Assembly: GCA_047947115.1 (NCBI GenBank)
Contig: CP170459.1
Coordinates: forward strand, 5,120,001 to 5,184,000
Source: Verrucomicrobiota bacterium
GTDB taxonomy: Bacteria > Verrucomicrobiota > Verrucomicrobiia > Limisphaerales > AAA164-E04
DNA: 64,000 bases
Direction: 5' to 3'
The number at the start of each line of letters is the position of its first letter. Positions within the stretch are counted from its first letter, which is position 1. Made by a program: the position numbers and the translations under genes. Shown here piece by piece: positions 29,790-39,087 of this stretch. The notes below the pieces were generated by a model that was not told the DNA's origin, did no database searches, and was given only the letters and a program-made list of their open reading frames with translations.

Positions 29790-31166
29790 ATGGAGGAACC
29801 GAATCAAGATCCGTCCGCAAAAACCAAATCCACACAGGGACAACATGCGGACAGCGACTGGCGTCATGCCGATGACACCGAACATGATGTATCGGCCAGA
29901 CACACCTCGCCTGACACAAAGGATCCCAGTCAGCCTCCAGCGCCGCCTTCTATTGAGGAACTTCAGACAGCCATCCCCGGTCTTGAAGTCCTGGAATTCA
30001 TCAGTCAGGGCGGTATGGGATCGGTTTTCAAAGCGAAGCAAAAGAACCTCGATCGCCTCGTGGCCCTCAAGGTGGTGCCGTCGAGTGGAGAAAACTCCCA
30101 TGTGGCGCATCCGGATCGTTTTTTACGCGAAGCCCGGACTCTGGCAAAATTGAGCCACCCCAACATCGTTCCGGTCTTTGATGTCGGACGCACGGATCAG
30201 TTTATCTATCTGATCATGGAATTTATTGAAGGAGACAACCTGCGCGGGCTCATGAGACGAAGTGCCCTGAGCATTCAATCCGTCCTTCGCATCATTTCCC
30301 AGACTTGCAATGCATTGGAATACGCGCATACCAAGCATGTTGTCCACCGCGATATTAAACCGGAAAACATCCTCATCAACCGGGAAGGCATTGTCAAAAT
30401 CGTGGATTTCGGCCTCGCCAAGATCAATGAGGGAACACAACGGGAATCCAACCTGACCGGAACACGGCAAATCATGGGTACCCCCAACTACATGTCCCCG
30501 GAACAAATCGAATGCACGCGTGAAGTCGATCATCGTTCGGACATCTATTCACTTGGGGTTGTGTTTTACGAACTGCTCACCGGGGAACTGCCGATCGGCC
30601 ACTTTGAACCGCCTTCTGCCATCCGGGGAAATCATGAACCTCTCGACCCTGTGGTGCTCAAAGCGCTTCAAAAAAGACCAGAGCAGCGCTACCAGAAAGT
30701 CAGTGAGCTGGACACCGACCTATCCAGTCTCCCGGAAATGGAAACGCCCAGAAAAACACCACCGGTGATCCATTCCCAGGACGCTGAGCAACCAACCATT
30801 AAGATCGCTTCATCCAGCCATGTCGGCCGCCCCAATCCCATCACATTTTTAAAAGCATTCGCTGCCCGAGAAAACTGGGGGCGTTTGGTTGGTTTGATCC
30901 TGATGCTTTTCAGCGAGCAATGGTTCTTCAACACAGGAGGCATCGTTCCTTGGTTGGGCCTCATGTTGACCGTAAAACTGGCGGCCACTCAATACGTCCG
31001 CCTCTGGCCGAACAACGAACGAAGTGCCCGCGTGATCGTTGGAGCGGCCTGGATCTCCGGCACCGCATTTGTAAACTGGCCCCCGATGGCAGAAGCAGCC
31101 GTCATCGTCACCGGCATCCTCTGGACCACCCGCCCCCCAAAACAAAAACAAGCGATCGAACTTTAA
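29790..31166 (+). CDS. Hanks-type Ser/Thr protein kinase with C-terminal membrane segments
   Basis: QGGMGSVF, VALK, HRDIKPEN, DFG, GTPNYMSPE and DIYSLG motifs; hydrophobic C-terminus. Confidence 0.93.
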   Translation: MEEPNQDPSAKTKSTQGQHADSDWRHADDTEHDVSARHTSPDTKDPSQPPAPPSIEELQTAIPGLEVLEFISQGGMGSVFKAKQKNLDRLVALKVVPSSGENSHVAHPDRFLREARTLAKLSHPNIVPVFDVGRTDQFIYLIMEFIEGDNLRGLMRRSALSIQSVLRIISQTCNALEYAHTKHVVHRDIKPENILINREGIVKIVDFGLAKINEGTQRESNLTGTRQIMGTPNYMSPEQIECTREVDHRSDIYSLGVVFYELLTGELPIGHFEPPSAIRGNHEPLDPVVLKALQKRPEQRYQKVSELDTDLSSLPEMETPRKTPPVIHSQDAEQPTIKIASSSHVGRPNPITFLKAFAARENWGRLVGLILMLFSEQWFFNTGGIVPWLGLMLTVKLAATQYVRLWPNNERSARVIVGAAWISGTAFVNWPPMAEAAVIVTGILWTTRPPKQKQAIEL

Positions 31167-31168
31167 TC

Positions 31169-32029
31169 ATTCACTTTTCAAGAGACATACAAGACCAGGT
31201 TAGCGCTGATTTAAAGTGGATCATCGATTCCCCTCCTCTATTTGCTGGCGAAGACGGTCTGAATGCTTTAATCAAACACGAAACAGAGCCCCCCACGCTA
31301 CCAGCTTCAGTTGAACCATGGGATCCATCACCCTCCTCACACCGGGTTGGATTGTATTTTGAATCTCTGGTGGATCTATGGTTAAGGCAGAGATTCCATC
31401 TGAAGATGGAAGCCAGGCATCATCAGGTGTTCGACGGAAAGCGCACGGTGGGTGAGATCGATTTCTGTGTACGGGACAGGAATGGACACCGTTGGCATCT
31501 GGAGAGCACCATTAAGTTTTACCTTCATCACCCTTCATCGGCTTCCATCCATGGCAGTGCATTCATAGGACCGGACCCAAGGGACTCCTTTGAACGAAAA
31601 CATCAACATCTCATGCAGCGTCAGTTGAAGCTGAGCATTCCAGAACTCAGTCCTGTGGACCATGCGCTTCCCATTGCTCGCGGCATACTCTTTTATCATG
31701 CCGGGGAACCAAACCACCCAGACCGCCCCGATGGCGCCAACCCCGAACACCTACGAGGTCTTTGGATGAGGACTTCCGAGTGGCCCAGTGATCCACCTCC
31801 GGGAAGCAATCAAGTCGTGCATCTACCGAAACCCTACTGGCTAAGCGGACTCATGAATCCGGGGTTCACAAGCGAAGCGATGACATGGCAGCAAGCAGGA
31901 ACGAACATCCAATCACACTTTCAACATTCCAAATCCCCCTTGATGTTGAGCCTTCGAAGTGAAGAAACCGGTCCGGCCGTCGAAACACAACGATGCATCG
32001 TGATCCACGACACCTGGCCTGAAAGCTGA
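31169..32029 (+). CDS. DUF1853 family protein (PD-(D/E)xK-like); start uncertain
   Basis: DLKWIIDSP, RVGLYFE, TVGEIDF, HLESTIKFYL and FIGPDPRD motifs; no canonical start after the kinase stop. Confidence 0.8.
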   Translation: MHFSRDIQDQVSADLKWIIDSPPLFAGEDGLNALIKHETEPPTLPASVEPWDPSPSSHRVGLYFESLVDLWLRQRFHLKMEARHHQVFDGKRTVGEIDFCVRDRNGHRWHLESTIKFYLHHPSSASIHGSAFIGPDPRDSFERKHQHLMQRQLKLSIPELSPVDHALPIARGILFYHAGEPNHPDRPDGANPEHLRGLWMRTSEWPSDPPPGSNQVVHLPKPYWLSGLMNPGFTSEAMTWQQAGTNIQSHFQHSKSPLMLSLRSEETGPAVETQRCIVIHDTWPES

Positions 32030-32046
32030 TCCGCTTACATTCAATT

Positions 32047-32199
32047 TTGTTGAACCGCAGATTGCGCAGATTGACGCAGATTAACCAGGAAACACAAGAT
32101 TGGGTTGGATGGGTGGTGTTTACTGGCAAGGTTTCTCTTTAAGGAAATAGTTTAAATTTACCTGTGATACATCTGCGATAATGTACGGTTCAAAAACAA
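32047..32199. repeat. Inverted pair of CGCAGAT/ATCTGCG repeat arms (MITE-like) between convergent genes
   Basis: ttgttgaaccgcagattgcgcagat at 32047 is an imperfect reverse complement of atctgcgataatgtacggttcaaaaacaa at 32171. Confidence 0.6.
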
Positions 32200-32211
32200 C
32201 AAGCCTCCCAC

Positions 32212-35200
32212 CTATTCAGTGACTAGCTTCACCGATCCCCAATAGGCAAAATCGTTTTGCATGTCGTAGGCGTAGTTTTCGAGGCGGACGGGAATCGTTT
32301 TGCCTGCGAACGGCGTCAAATCAACCCGGATGGTTTTCCAGACACCCCCCTGACGGCTGATGTTTTGTCGCGCCACCAGCTTCAAATCAGCAAAAGCACG
32401 AAGTACCCATTGTCCCCTGGGTGAGGTTGCCACCATAAGATCGAGATACGTTTTGCCCTGACTTGGCACCTCGATGGTTCGCTCCAGGGAAGCGCCGCCC
32501 TGATGACGGAACGGATGAGTCACCAACACGTTTTTGGAGCCTTCCCATTCAGGCTCAACAGACGGGGCTTGTCGAATTTCAGCGGATTGAACTTTCCAGT
32601 CCGGGTTCCACAAACTGATGGATTCATAATCACGCTGGATCAACGGTTCGGAAGTGCCCACCAGTTCATTGCGCAACGCGGCTGTCATGGGTCGTTTGTC
32701 TTCCGGCGGGTTCAGCACATACCAGATGAGATCCCGAAAATCTTTGTCCGGCATTTGTTCCAGCCCTTCAGGCATCACCGAGTTTTCAGTTACCTCGCGA
32801 GATTGGATATCGCTTTTTGAAATCACTTCCTCACGGCCTCCTGAAGCAAGCAACTTCACATACGTTGCGGTTTCTTCGGTCAGGCGCCCGCTCAAACTTC
32901 GATCGTCCTTGGTTTCAATCACGATGTTCTCATAACCTGCTCCGATGATCTGGTTGGGATTGATCACATTGGCAAGCAGCGCATCCAGGGTGGAGCGCCC
33001 GACACCTGTCAGGTCAGGCCCAACTTGTGCGCCCTTTCCATGCAACTCATGACACACCAGGCACACCGCCTCGGCCAATTGTTTGCCGTTATCCAAATCA
33101 GGTTCTCCACTAAGCACTACGCCGCGTTTGGTCTGGATCAACTTGTCCATGTCGGCATTCGGTTCACGGAAACGACCGATGCTTTTCTGAGCACGTTCGC
33201 GAATAGCCTGGTCTCGATGATTGGACAGTGAGCGAATCACAGCCGCCGGCACATCGGACGGTTGAATGGTTTTGCTTTCCACGGCAGATAAAAAGGTATT
33301 CAACCAGGCGGGTCGTGACACCAGCACAGAGGTGGCCGCCTGACGTTGGGCCATCTCAAATTTCGGCCACTGACGAACCAGGAGACTGGCCACGCTCGGT
33401 TGGTCATGGCCACCAAGGGCGTCGATGGTTTCCCTGATCGCCGCACCGTTGGGTGTGGCAATGACTCGATCCGATAATGCCTTCAAGACAGCAGGATGAT
33501 CAATTTGCTTGGCGAGTTGAACCGCCATGCGTCGGTCCGCGTCGGAAGAATCCGCCGAAGCGATCAGAGCGGCCAATTGTTCCATCGTGTTTTCATCCCC
33601 CCAGAGAGCACCCAACTGCAGATAACGGCTCTTCACTTCCGGCTTTTTACTTCCAGCCAGACTGGCAAGAAAATCGGAAGCGCCTTCGGGCAGGGTCTTG
33701 TTCAATCGTTGACCTTCCACCAAGGCGTTCAAACCACTGATCAACAAATCCTGATCTCCATCCAGCAATGCGGTCAAACCTCTCACGGCCAATCCAACGG
33801 TCCGTGGTTGAGCCTGATCATTCAAACGTCGAATGGTTTTATAAAACAATTCCTGACTCAAGGGCTTGGTGGCTCCCCCATTCTGCACCAACCATTCCAA
33901 CACCATTTCCGGAGTCTCCAGCACCCAGGGTTCCAAAGCCATCCAGGTCATGAAGGGAATCAATGGATCATCCTCGCTAGCCGAGGCTCGAATCAATCGT
34001 GCAAAGGTCGGCCCCAAATCAGAAAGGGTGGCATTGGATGTTGACGGACGATTAATCGTGAGGGCCCCGGAGCTATATTGACGTAAAGCGGTAGCGACAG
34101 CGTTTCGCACAGTCGGATCGCGATCTTCGGCCAGAACCTGAAGGCGGGTCAGTGCGACGGGATCAGAGGAACGGCGCTCACCAGTCAGACGAGCGGCCCA
34201 GGTCCTCATTGCAAAATGACTATCCACCTCTGCTGCGCTCAGCAGTGTTTCATCCAGTAGCCCTGCGCTGTGCAACGTCCATAGAGCGGTCAATCGGGAC
34301 TCAATCGTGCTTCCGGTTCGCATGAGATCGGACAACGGCTTTTTGGACGCCGGATCTTTACGTTCCTTGAGCAGGCGTTGGGCCATTTCTCGATGCCAGA
34401 TGTTGGGGTGCCCCAGAAAATCAACAAGCTTGTTGCTGGTGGCCTCTGCCAAATCCATCTTCACTTGCGGCCGGCTGTTCACTTGCTTCCCTGGCTGATC
34501 TCCCACATGCACCACACGCCAGATGCGGCCATACTCTCGGTCGACGCCTTCCGGATCGGCCTGGGCGTTTTGGTAACAAGGATACTTGTCATACCAATCT
34601 GCAATCCAGACCGTGCCATCCGGTCCAATCTGTTCACTGACCGACCGAAACCATCCGTCTGAAGATTGCACAAAGTTATCCATGGAATGCGCTTTGAAGG
34701 AAGAACCATCCGGCTCCAATCGATCCATGTTGACCGCGTTTTCATGAATGTTGCCCATCAGCACGCGTCCCAGATAATTCACGGGGTATTGGTGTCCCAG
34801 ATAAACCGCCACCCCGCAGTATGCGGCGCGGTAATGCTTGTGATCCACGATGGATGGAAGCAACCCGTAGCTGTAAGCATGTTCCGGACGCCCCCCCTGG
34901 CGTACATACAAACCTCCGGGCGCCATGTGGAAGAGATGATCAATTACACAGGCACTGACAAAGGCGTTGCCGTATCGGTCGAAGTCCACATGCCATTGAT
35001 TGGACGCTCCATCAGAAAAGATTTCAAAACGCTTGCTCTCAGGTTCAAACCGGGCCACACCGGCGTTCAAGATCACTTCAGGACGTTCCGCATGTTCCGG
35101 ATCAGTCACCTTGGAATGTGTAAACACGCCATGGGTCATATAAAGCATCCCGTCAGGCCCCCACGTAAAACCATTCAACAACTCATGCCGGTCCTCCAGA

Positions 35201-35718
35201 CCAAACCCACCCAGCAAACGTGTGGTTTTATCTGCCTTGTCGTCTCCATCGGTGTCTTCAAGAAACAACAGGTAAGGAGCCTGCCCTATGTAAACACCAC
35301 CATCTCCCAGCAACAAGCCCGTCGCCAGATTCAGCCCATCTGCGAACAGTGTCGATTTGTCGGCCCTCCCGTCAGCGTCGGTGTCCTCGAGGATACGAAC
35401 ACGATCACGTGGCTTCTCGCCCGGTTTGGCGCCTCGAGGATATTCAAACAGTTCGAGGACCCACAAGCGACCGCGCTCATCCCAGTCCATGGCCACAGGA
35501 TTGACCACCTCCGGTTCGGAGGCAAACAGACGCATTTCAAAACCTTCCGGCACAGTAAAGGTGGCTGCCGCTTTGGCTGCCGGTATGGGAGCGGATGAAG
35601 CAGGCGCATGAGAACCGGTCAACTGCCGACCGGCTGCCCCCACATCATGACTGACAAGGGTTGAGAAAACACTCAAACAAACGATGGAATGAATCAATGC
35701 ACGCATAAGACAATTCAT
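32212..35718 (-). CDS. PVC-type membrane-bound dehydrogenase / heme-binding CxxCH protein with HEAT repeats
   Basis: VPEGFEMRLFASEP, WDERGRLWV, DTDADGRAD, WGPDG, CLVCH, GPDLT and SVMPEGL motifs. Confidence 0.92.
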   Translation of the reverse strand: MNCLMRALIHSIVCLSVFSTLVSHDVGAAGRQLTGSHAPASSAPIPAAKAAATFTVPEGFEMRLFASEPEVVNPVAMDWDERGRLWVLELFEYPRGAKPGEKPRDRVRILEDTDADGRADKSTLFADGLNLATGLLLGDGGVYIGQAPYLLFLEDTDGDDKADKTTRLLGGFGLEDRHELLNGFTWGPDGMLYMTHGVFTHSKVTDPEHAERPEVILNAGVARFEPESKRFEIFSDGASNQWHVDFDRYGNAFVSACVIDHLFHMAPGGLYVRQGGRPEHAYSYGLLPSIVDHKHYRAAYCGVAVYLGHQYPVNYLGRVLMGNIHENAVNMDRLEPDGSSFKAHSMDNFVQSSDGWFRSVSEQIGPDGTVWIADWYDKYPCYQNAQADPEGVDREYGRIWRVVHVGDQPGKQVNSRPQVKMDLAEATSNKLVDFLGHPNIWHREMAQRLLKERKDPASKKPLSDLMRTGSTIESRLTALWTLHSAGLLDETLLSAAEVDSHFAMRTWAARLTGERRSSDPVALTRLQVLAEDRDPTVRNAVATALRQYSSGALTINRPSTSNATLSDLGPTFARLIRASASEDDPLIPFMTWMALEPWVLETPEMVLEWLVQNGGATKPLSQELFYKTIRRLNDQAQPRTVGLAVRGLTALLDGDQDLLISGLNALVEGQRLNKTLPEGASDFLASLAGSKKPEVKSRYLQLGALWGDENTMEQLAALIASADSSDADRRMAVQLAKQIDHPAVLKALSDRVIATPNGAAIRETIDALGGHDQPSVASLLVRQWPKFEMAQRQAATSVLVSRPAWLNTFLSAVESKTIQPSDVPAAVIRSLSNHRDQAIRERAQKSIGRFREPNADMDKLIQTKRGVVLSGEPDLDNGKQLAEAVCLVCHELHGKGAQVGPDLTGVGRSTLDALLANVINPNQIIGAGYENIVIETKDDRSLSGRLTEETATYVKLLASGGREEVISKSDIQSREVTENSVMPEGLEQMPDKDFRDLIWYVLNPPEDKRPMTAALRNELVGTSEPLIQRDYESISLWNPDWKVQSAEIRQAPSVEPEWEGSKNVLVTHPFRHQGGASLERTIEVPSQGKTYLDLMVATSPRGQWVLRAFADLKLVARQNISRQGGVWKTIRVDLTPFAGKTIPVRLENYAYDMQNDFAYWGSVKLVTE

Positions 35719-36028
35719 GAATCAATAATTGGTGATACCCGATTAGACATTCACTCGCCCTCAGACGCCAATCAAAAGTATCAAAAATTCCCACTTAACT
35801 TCGATGGACTCTTTATCACAGGACAAAAACGCATTGAAAAAGGTCAAGAAAAGTGTTGTTCCATCGTACAATCCCCCACAGCTTAGACAACGAGCCGAAT
35901 ATCAAAGAATGATTTAAAATCCTTTACGATATGACACGGCGGACGGTTCCTTTGATGTTGCACACTCAACATGAGCCGTTCATTAAGGAGATATCGTCAA
36001 ACCAGAACCAAATAAATCGAATACACAT

Positions 36029-36398
36029 ATGAGTAGTCTCTACGAAAGACTGGGAGGCGCTGCCGCCGTTGATGCTGCAGTGGACTTGTTTTACACCAAA
36101 GTGCTGGCCGATGATCGCATCAAACATTTCTTTGATGGAGTGGACATGAAACGCCAGGCAGGCCATCAGAAGGCTTTTTTTGACCTACGCCTTCGGGGGA
36201 TCACCAAACTATTCAGGCAAGAACATGCGCGAAGGACACAAGCACCTCGTTGAGAAAATGGGACTGAACGACAGTCACTTCGACGCCGTCATGGAAAACC
36301 ACGGCGCCACCCTAACCGAACTGAGAGTTGCACCGGAACTTATCCAGGAAGCCGCAGGCATCGCCGAATCCACACGAAACGACGTCCTGAATCGCTGA
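36029..36398 (+). pseudogene. glbN: Group 1 truncated hemoglobin (trHbN/GlbN) frameshifted at a T7 run (36175-36181)
   Basis: SLYERLGG...FY..VLAD.RI..FF...HQKAF in one frame and (L)TYAFGG..NYSGKNMREGH...HFDAV in the +1 frame; deleting one T gives 122 aa. Confidence 0.88.
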
Positions 36399-36417
36399 TT
36401 CAAACACTCAAACAAAA

Positions 36418-36602
36418 GTACCCGCATTCGCAAGAATGTGGCCGCTTTCAAACACCCGTAGACGCATTCGCAAGAATGTGGCCGCTTTCAAACCCCCGTA
36501 GCCGCATTCGCAAGAATGTGGCCGCTTTAAAGCACCCGTAGCCGCATTCGCAAGAATGTGGCCACTTCAAACACCCGTAGCCGCATTCGCAAGAATGTGG
36601 CC
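36418..36602 (+). repeat. Tandem array of five GTAG-type REP units (period 39-40 bp)
   Basis: GTAGCCGCATTC-GCAA-GAATGTGGCC(GCTTTCAAACACCC) at 36418, 36458, 36498, 36538 and 36577. Confidence 0.92.
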
Positions 36603-36646
36603 AAACCGTATCCGAAACGATCCGATCTACCAATAGACACCCAACA

Positions 36647-36789
36647 GGCAGGACGAGGCCGTCCCTGGCCCGTCGCCTTGTGGTCTACATCAGCTAAGTT
36701 GCTTTCCGCTTTGGGAAGCCTTTGGTATTCGCTCACCCCACATCCGCATAGCTATCGCTAGCGGGCGGATCGAGACGATCCGATCTACC
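36647..36789. repeat. Composite REP doublet (element B), related to 17234-17450
   Basis: Shares GCCGTCCCTGGC, CCTTGTGGT and TCCGCTTTGGGAAGCCTT with element A; ends in a hairpin + CTACC. Confidence 0.72.
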
Positions 36790-36812
36790 AGATCTCACCC
36801 GGCACCGACCAT

Positions 36813-39005
36813 TCACTCTTTACCATCCCCAAATACCGGCGCTTTCCAATCGGCTGGCAGTCTTCCCTGCGGGCGCACACCATAGGAGCCGGCGGGAATA
36901 GGATGGTCTTCCGGTTTCAACAAAGGCAGGTCATCCGGAAGATGCTTGATCCGGAAATCCTTGTATTGAATCGTCATCGGCGGTCCGACGTGCACTTGAA
37001 CAGCAAGCACGCCCTCCAATGCCCGACCTTTTTCGTCGAAATCAATTAAATCAGCCGTTGGATTCCCATCAATCCAGTGACGATGATGATTGCCTTCCAC
37101 CAGCACCCGGTATTCGTGCCATTGATCCGGCTCAAAATCCTTGAAAGGCAGTTGATCCACCACCCAAGGTTGGCCGGCTTCGTCGATGATCACTTTTTCT
37201 CCGGTATGAGACAGAATGCGGCGGCCTCGTTCTTCATAAAGCATGCCGTTGTACTTCGGCGTGTTCGCCACCACATCACATTGGTAACCGGTCACGACAT
37301 CAAGACCAATGTCCGGTCGGGACTGGCCTCGGTATTGAATTCCGCTGTTTCCACCGGCGCTGACCTTGACCATCGCCTTGATTTCAAAATTACGAATGGT
37401 GGATCCTTTCCAGGTGATGAACCGATTCATCTTGAGAAAACCATCGGCTATACCTGTGAGGATTCCGTCTTTGACACTCCAGTATTTGGGATCTCCATCC
37501 CACATGCCCAGACGATTTCCACTGAACAACTTTACCCAACCATCCTTGTCCGGAGGGATACTGACGGCAGCCGTCGCAATCGGATGCGGAACGGTGGAAG
37601 CGGTGAAAGGCTGATCCAGCGGAAGAAGCGGACCAGCCAATTCATTCACACGTCGATCCGTTCTGGCACGCAGGTCTTTCAACACACCGGCGAAATCTGG
37701 ATCCTTAGCCAGATTGACCAGTTCATCCGGATCATTCTTCAAATCATGAAGAAATTCATGCCAGTCATGGTCCACATAGCGCACGTATTTGAACTGCTCG
37801 TTTCGAACGCCTTCAAACGCGGGAATCCGATGACGAACCGCAAAGTGTTCGTGAAAGGTTTGATCCCGCCAACCGGCCGGTTTACCCGATCGAACCACCG
37901 GCTGCAGACTGCGCCCCTGATACCGGTCCGGAATCGACACTCCCGCCCAATCCAGAAAGGTTGCCGGAAAATCTAGATTCAAAGCAAAGGCATCCGTCAC
38001 CGCACCGCGTTGTGATTCCGCCACGCGAGGATCCATGATGATCAATGGCACACGCAGGGATTCTTCATAGTGGGACCACTTACCCGCAAACCCCCGGTTG
38101 CCCATGTGGTATCCGTTGTCCGCCGAGTAAACGATGATGGTATTGTCAGCCATGCCTGCTTCCTCAAGCGCTTTCATAAAGCGACCGATCGCCCCATCAA
38201 TACCGCTCACCATCCGGAGGTAGGCACGCATGTTCGTCTGGTATTTCTGATCGGTGTTCCAGCGCCAGAAAAAGCGCTCGCGATTGATGGTTGTCCGGAG
38301 AAAGTCGGGTTGTGCATCAAAAATCTCAGGGGCATTCAAACGAGGCGGGGCCATTTCCAAATCTTCATACATGCCATTAACAGCTTGCGGCCATGGGAAC
38401 TGACCAATACCCGGACGACGGTCCCCATCTTCGGCGTGGCAGGCGTTGAACCACATGTTCAAAGCAAATGGCTGATCCTTGGGCTGGTTGCGGATAAAAT
38501 CAATTCCACGATCCACAATCAATTCGGTTTCGTGCCGCAAGGAACCATCGGCCTGCTTTTTGTAGAACGGATTACGACCGATCGCCTGATACACATCAAA
38601 ATGATCCTGTGGTTTGTATCCCTGTGGCATCTTGGCATGCCATTTACCAAAGAAGCCGGTCCGGTATCCGTTGGATCGCAACAGATCGGTGTAGAGCGTT
38701 TGGACGGCTTCAGGCCGGGCCTGGTCATGATTACCGGGCGTACCGTAGGCACGTCCGGTCAGGCCGGTTAATATCGTTGTACGACTGACCCAGCAGATCG
38801 AATGACTCACAAACGCATTGGTAAACCGCGTGCCTCGTGCCGCAAGACCGTCGATGTTGGGCGTCTTCACCTGCGGATGACCATAGCATGCCAGAGTGGA
38901 AGTGGTCTGGTCATCGGTAAAAAAGAAAACGATGTTCGGTCGATCCGCGCCTTGAGCAGACCGAATCAAACAGCACAAATAGAGTAGGATGAGGATGCGA
39001 TTCAT
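36813..39005 (-). CDS. Sulfatase fused to a C-terminal DUF1080 (3-keto-disaccharide hydrolase-like) domain
   Basis: RPNIVFFFTDD, CWVSRTTILTG, GKWH, ADNG and YEESLRVP, then LFSG...W.G, NSGIQYR, GYQCD and QVHVG; signal peptide. Confidence 0.9.
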   Translation of the reverse strand: MNRILILLYLCCLIRSAQGADRPNIVFFFTDDQTTSTLACYGHPQVKTPNIDGLAARGTRFTNAFVSHSICWVSRTTILTGLTGRAYGTPGNHDQARPEAVQTLYTDLLRSNGYRTGFFGKWHAKMPQGYKPQDHFDVYQAIGRNPFYKKQADGSLRHETELIVDRGIDFIRNQPKDQPFALNMWFNACHAEDGDRRPGIGQFPWPQAVNGMYEDLEMAPPRLNAPEIFDAQPDFLRTTINRERFFWRWNTDQKYQTNMRAYLRMVSGIDGAIGRFMKALEEAGMADNTIIVYSADNGYHMGNRGFAGKWSHYEESLRVPLIIMDPRVAESQRGAVTDAFALNLDFPATFLDWAGVSIPDRYQGRSLQPVVRSGKPAGWRDQTFHEHFAVRHRIPAFEGVRNEQFKYVRYVDHDWHEFLHDLKNDPDELVNLAKDPDFAGVLKDLRARTDRRVNELAGPLLPLDQPFTASTVPHPIATAAVSIPPDKDGWVKLFSGNRLGMWDGDPKYWSVKDGILTGIADGFLKMNRFITWKGSTIRNFEIKAMVKVSAGGNSGIQYRGQSRPDIGLDVVTGYQCDVVANTPKYNGMLYEERGRRILSHTGEKVIIDEAGQPWVVDQLPFKDFEPDQWHEYRVLVEGNHHRHWIDGNPTADLIDFDEKGRALEGVLAVQVHVGPPMTIQYKDFRIKHLPDDLPLLKPEDHPIPAGSYGVRPQGRLPADWKAPVFGDGKE

Positions 39006-39087
39006 GATGGGTGGATGAGATAATGATAAATTCTGCTTCATTTGACAATGGCGTAAAAGGCAGAAACCGGATCTGGCGTTCACGTCG

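Noticed and set aside
36418..36602. CRISPR array
   Set aside because: Linkers are only about 15 nt and nearly identical rather than unique 25-45 nt spacers; there are no cas genes; GTAG + palindrome fits REP elements
36448..36761. Short ORFs over the repeat array (e.g. WPHSCECGYG repeats)
   Set aside because: They are translations of the DNA repeat with no independent coding evidence
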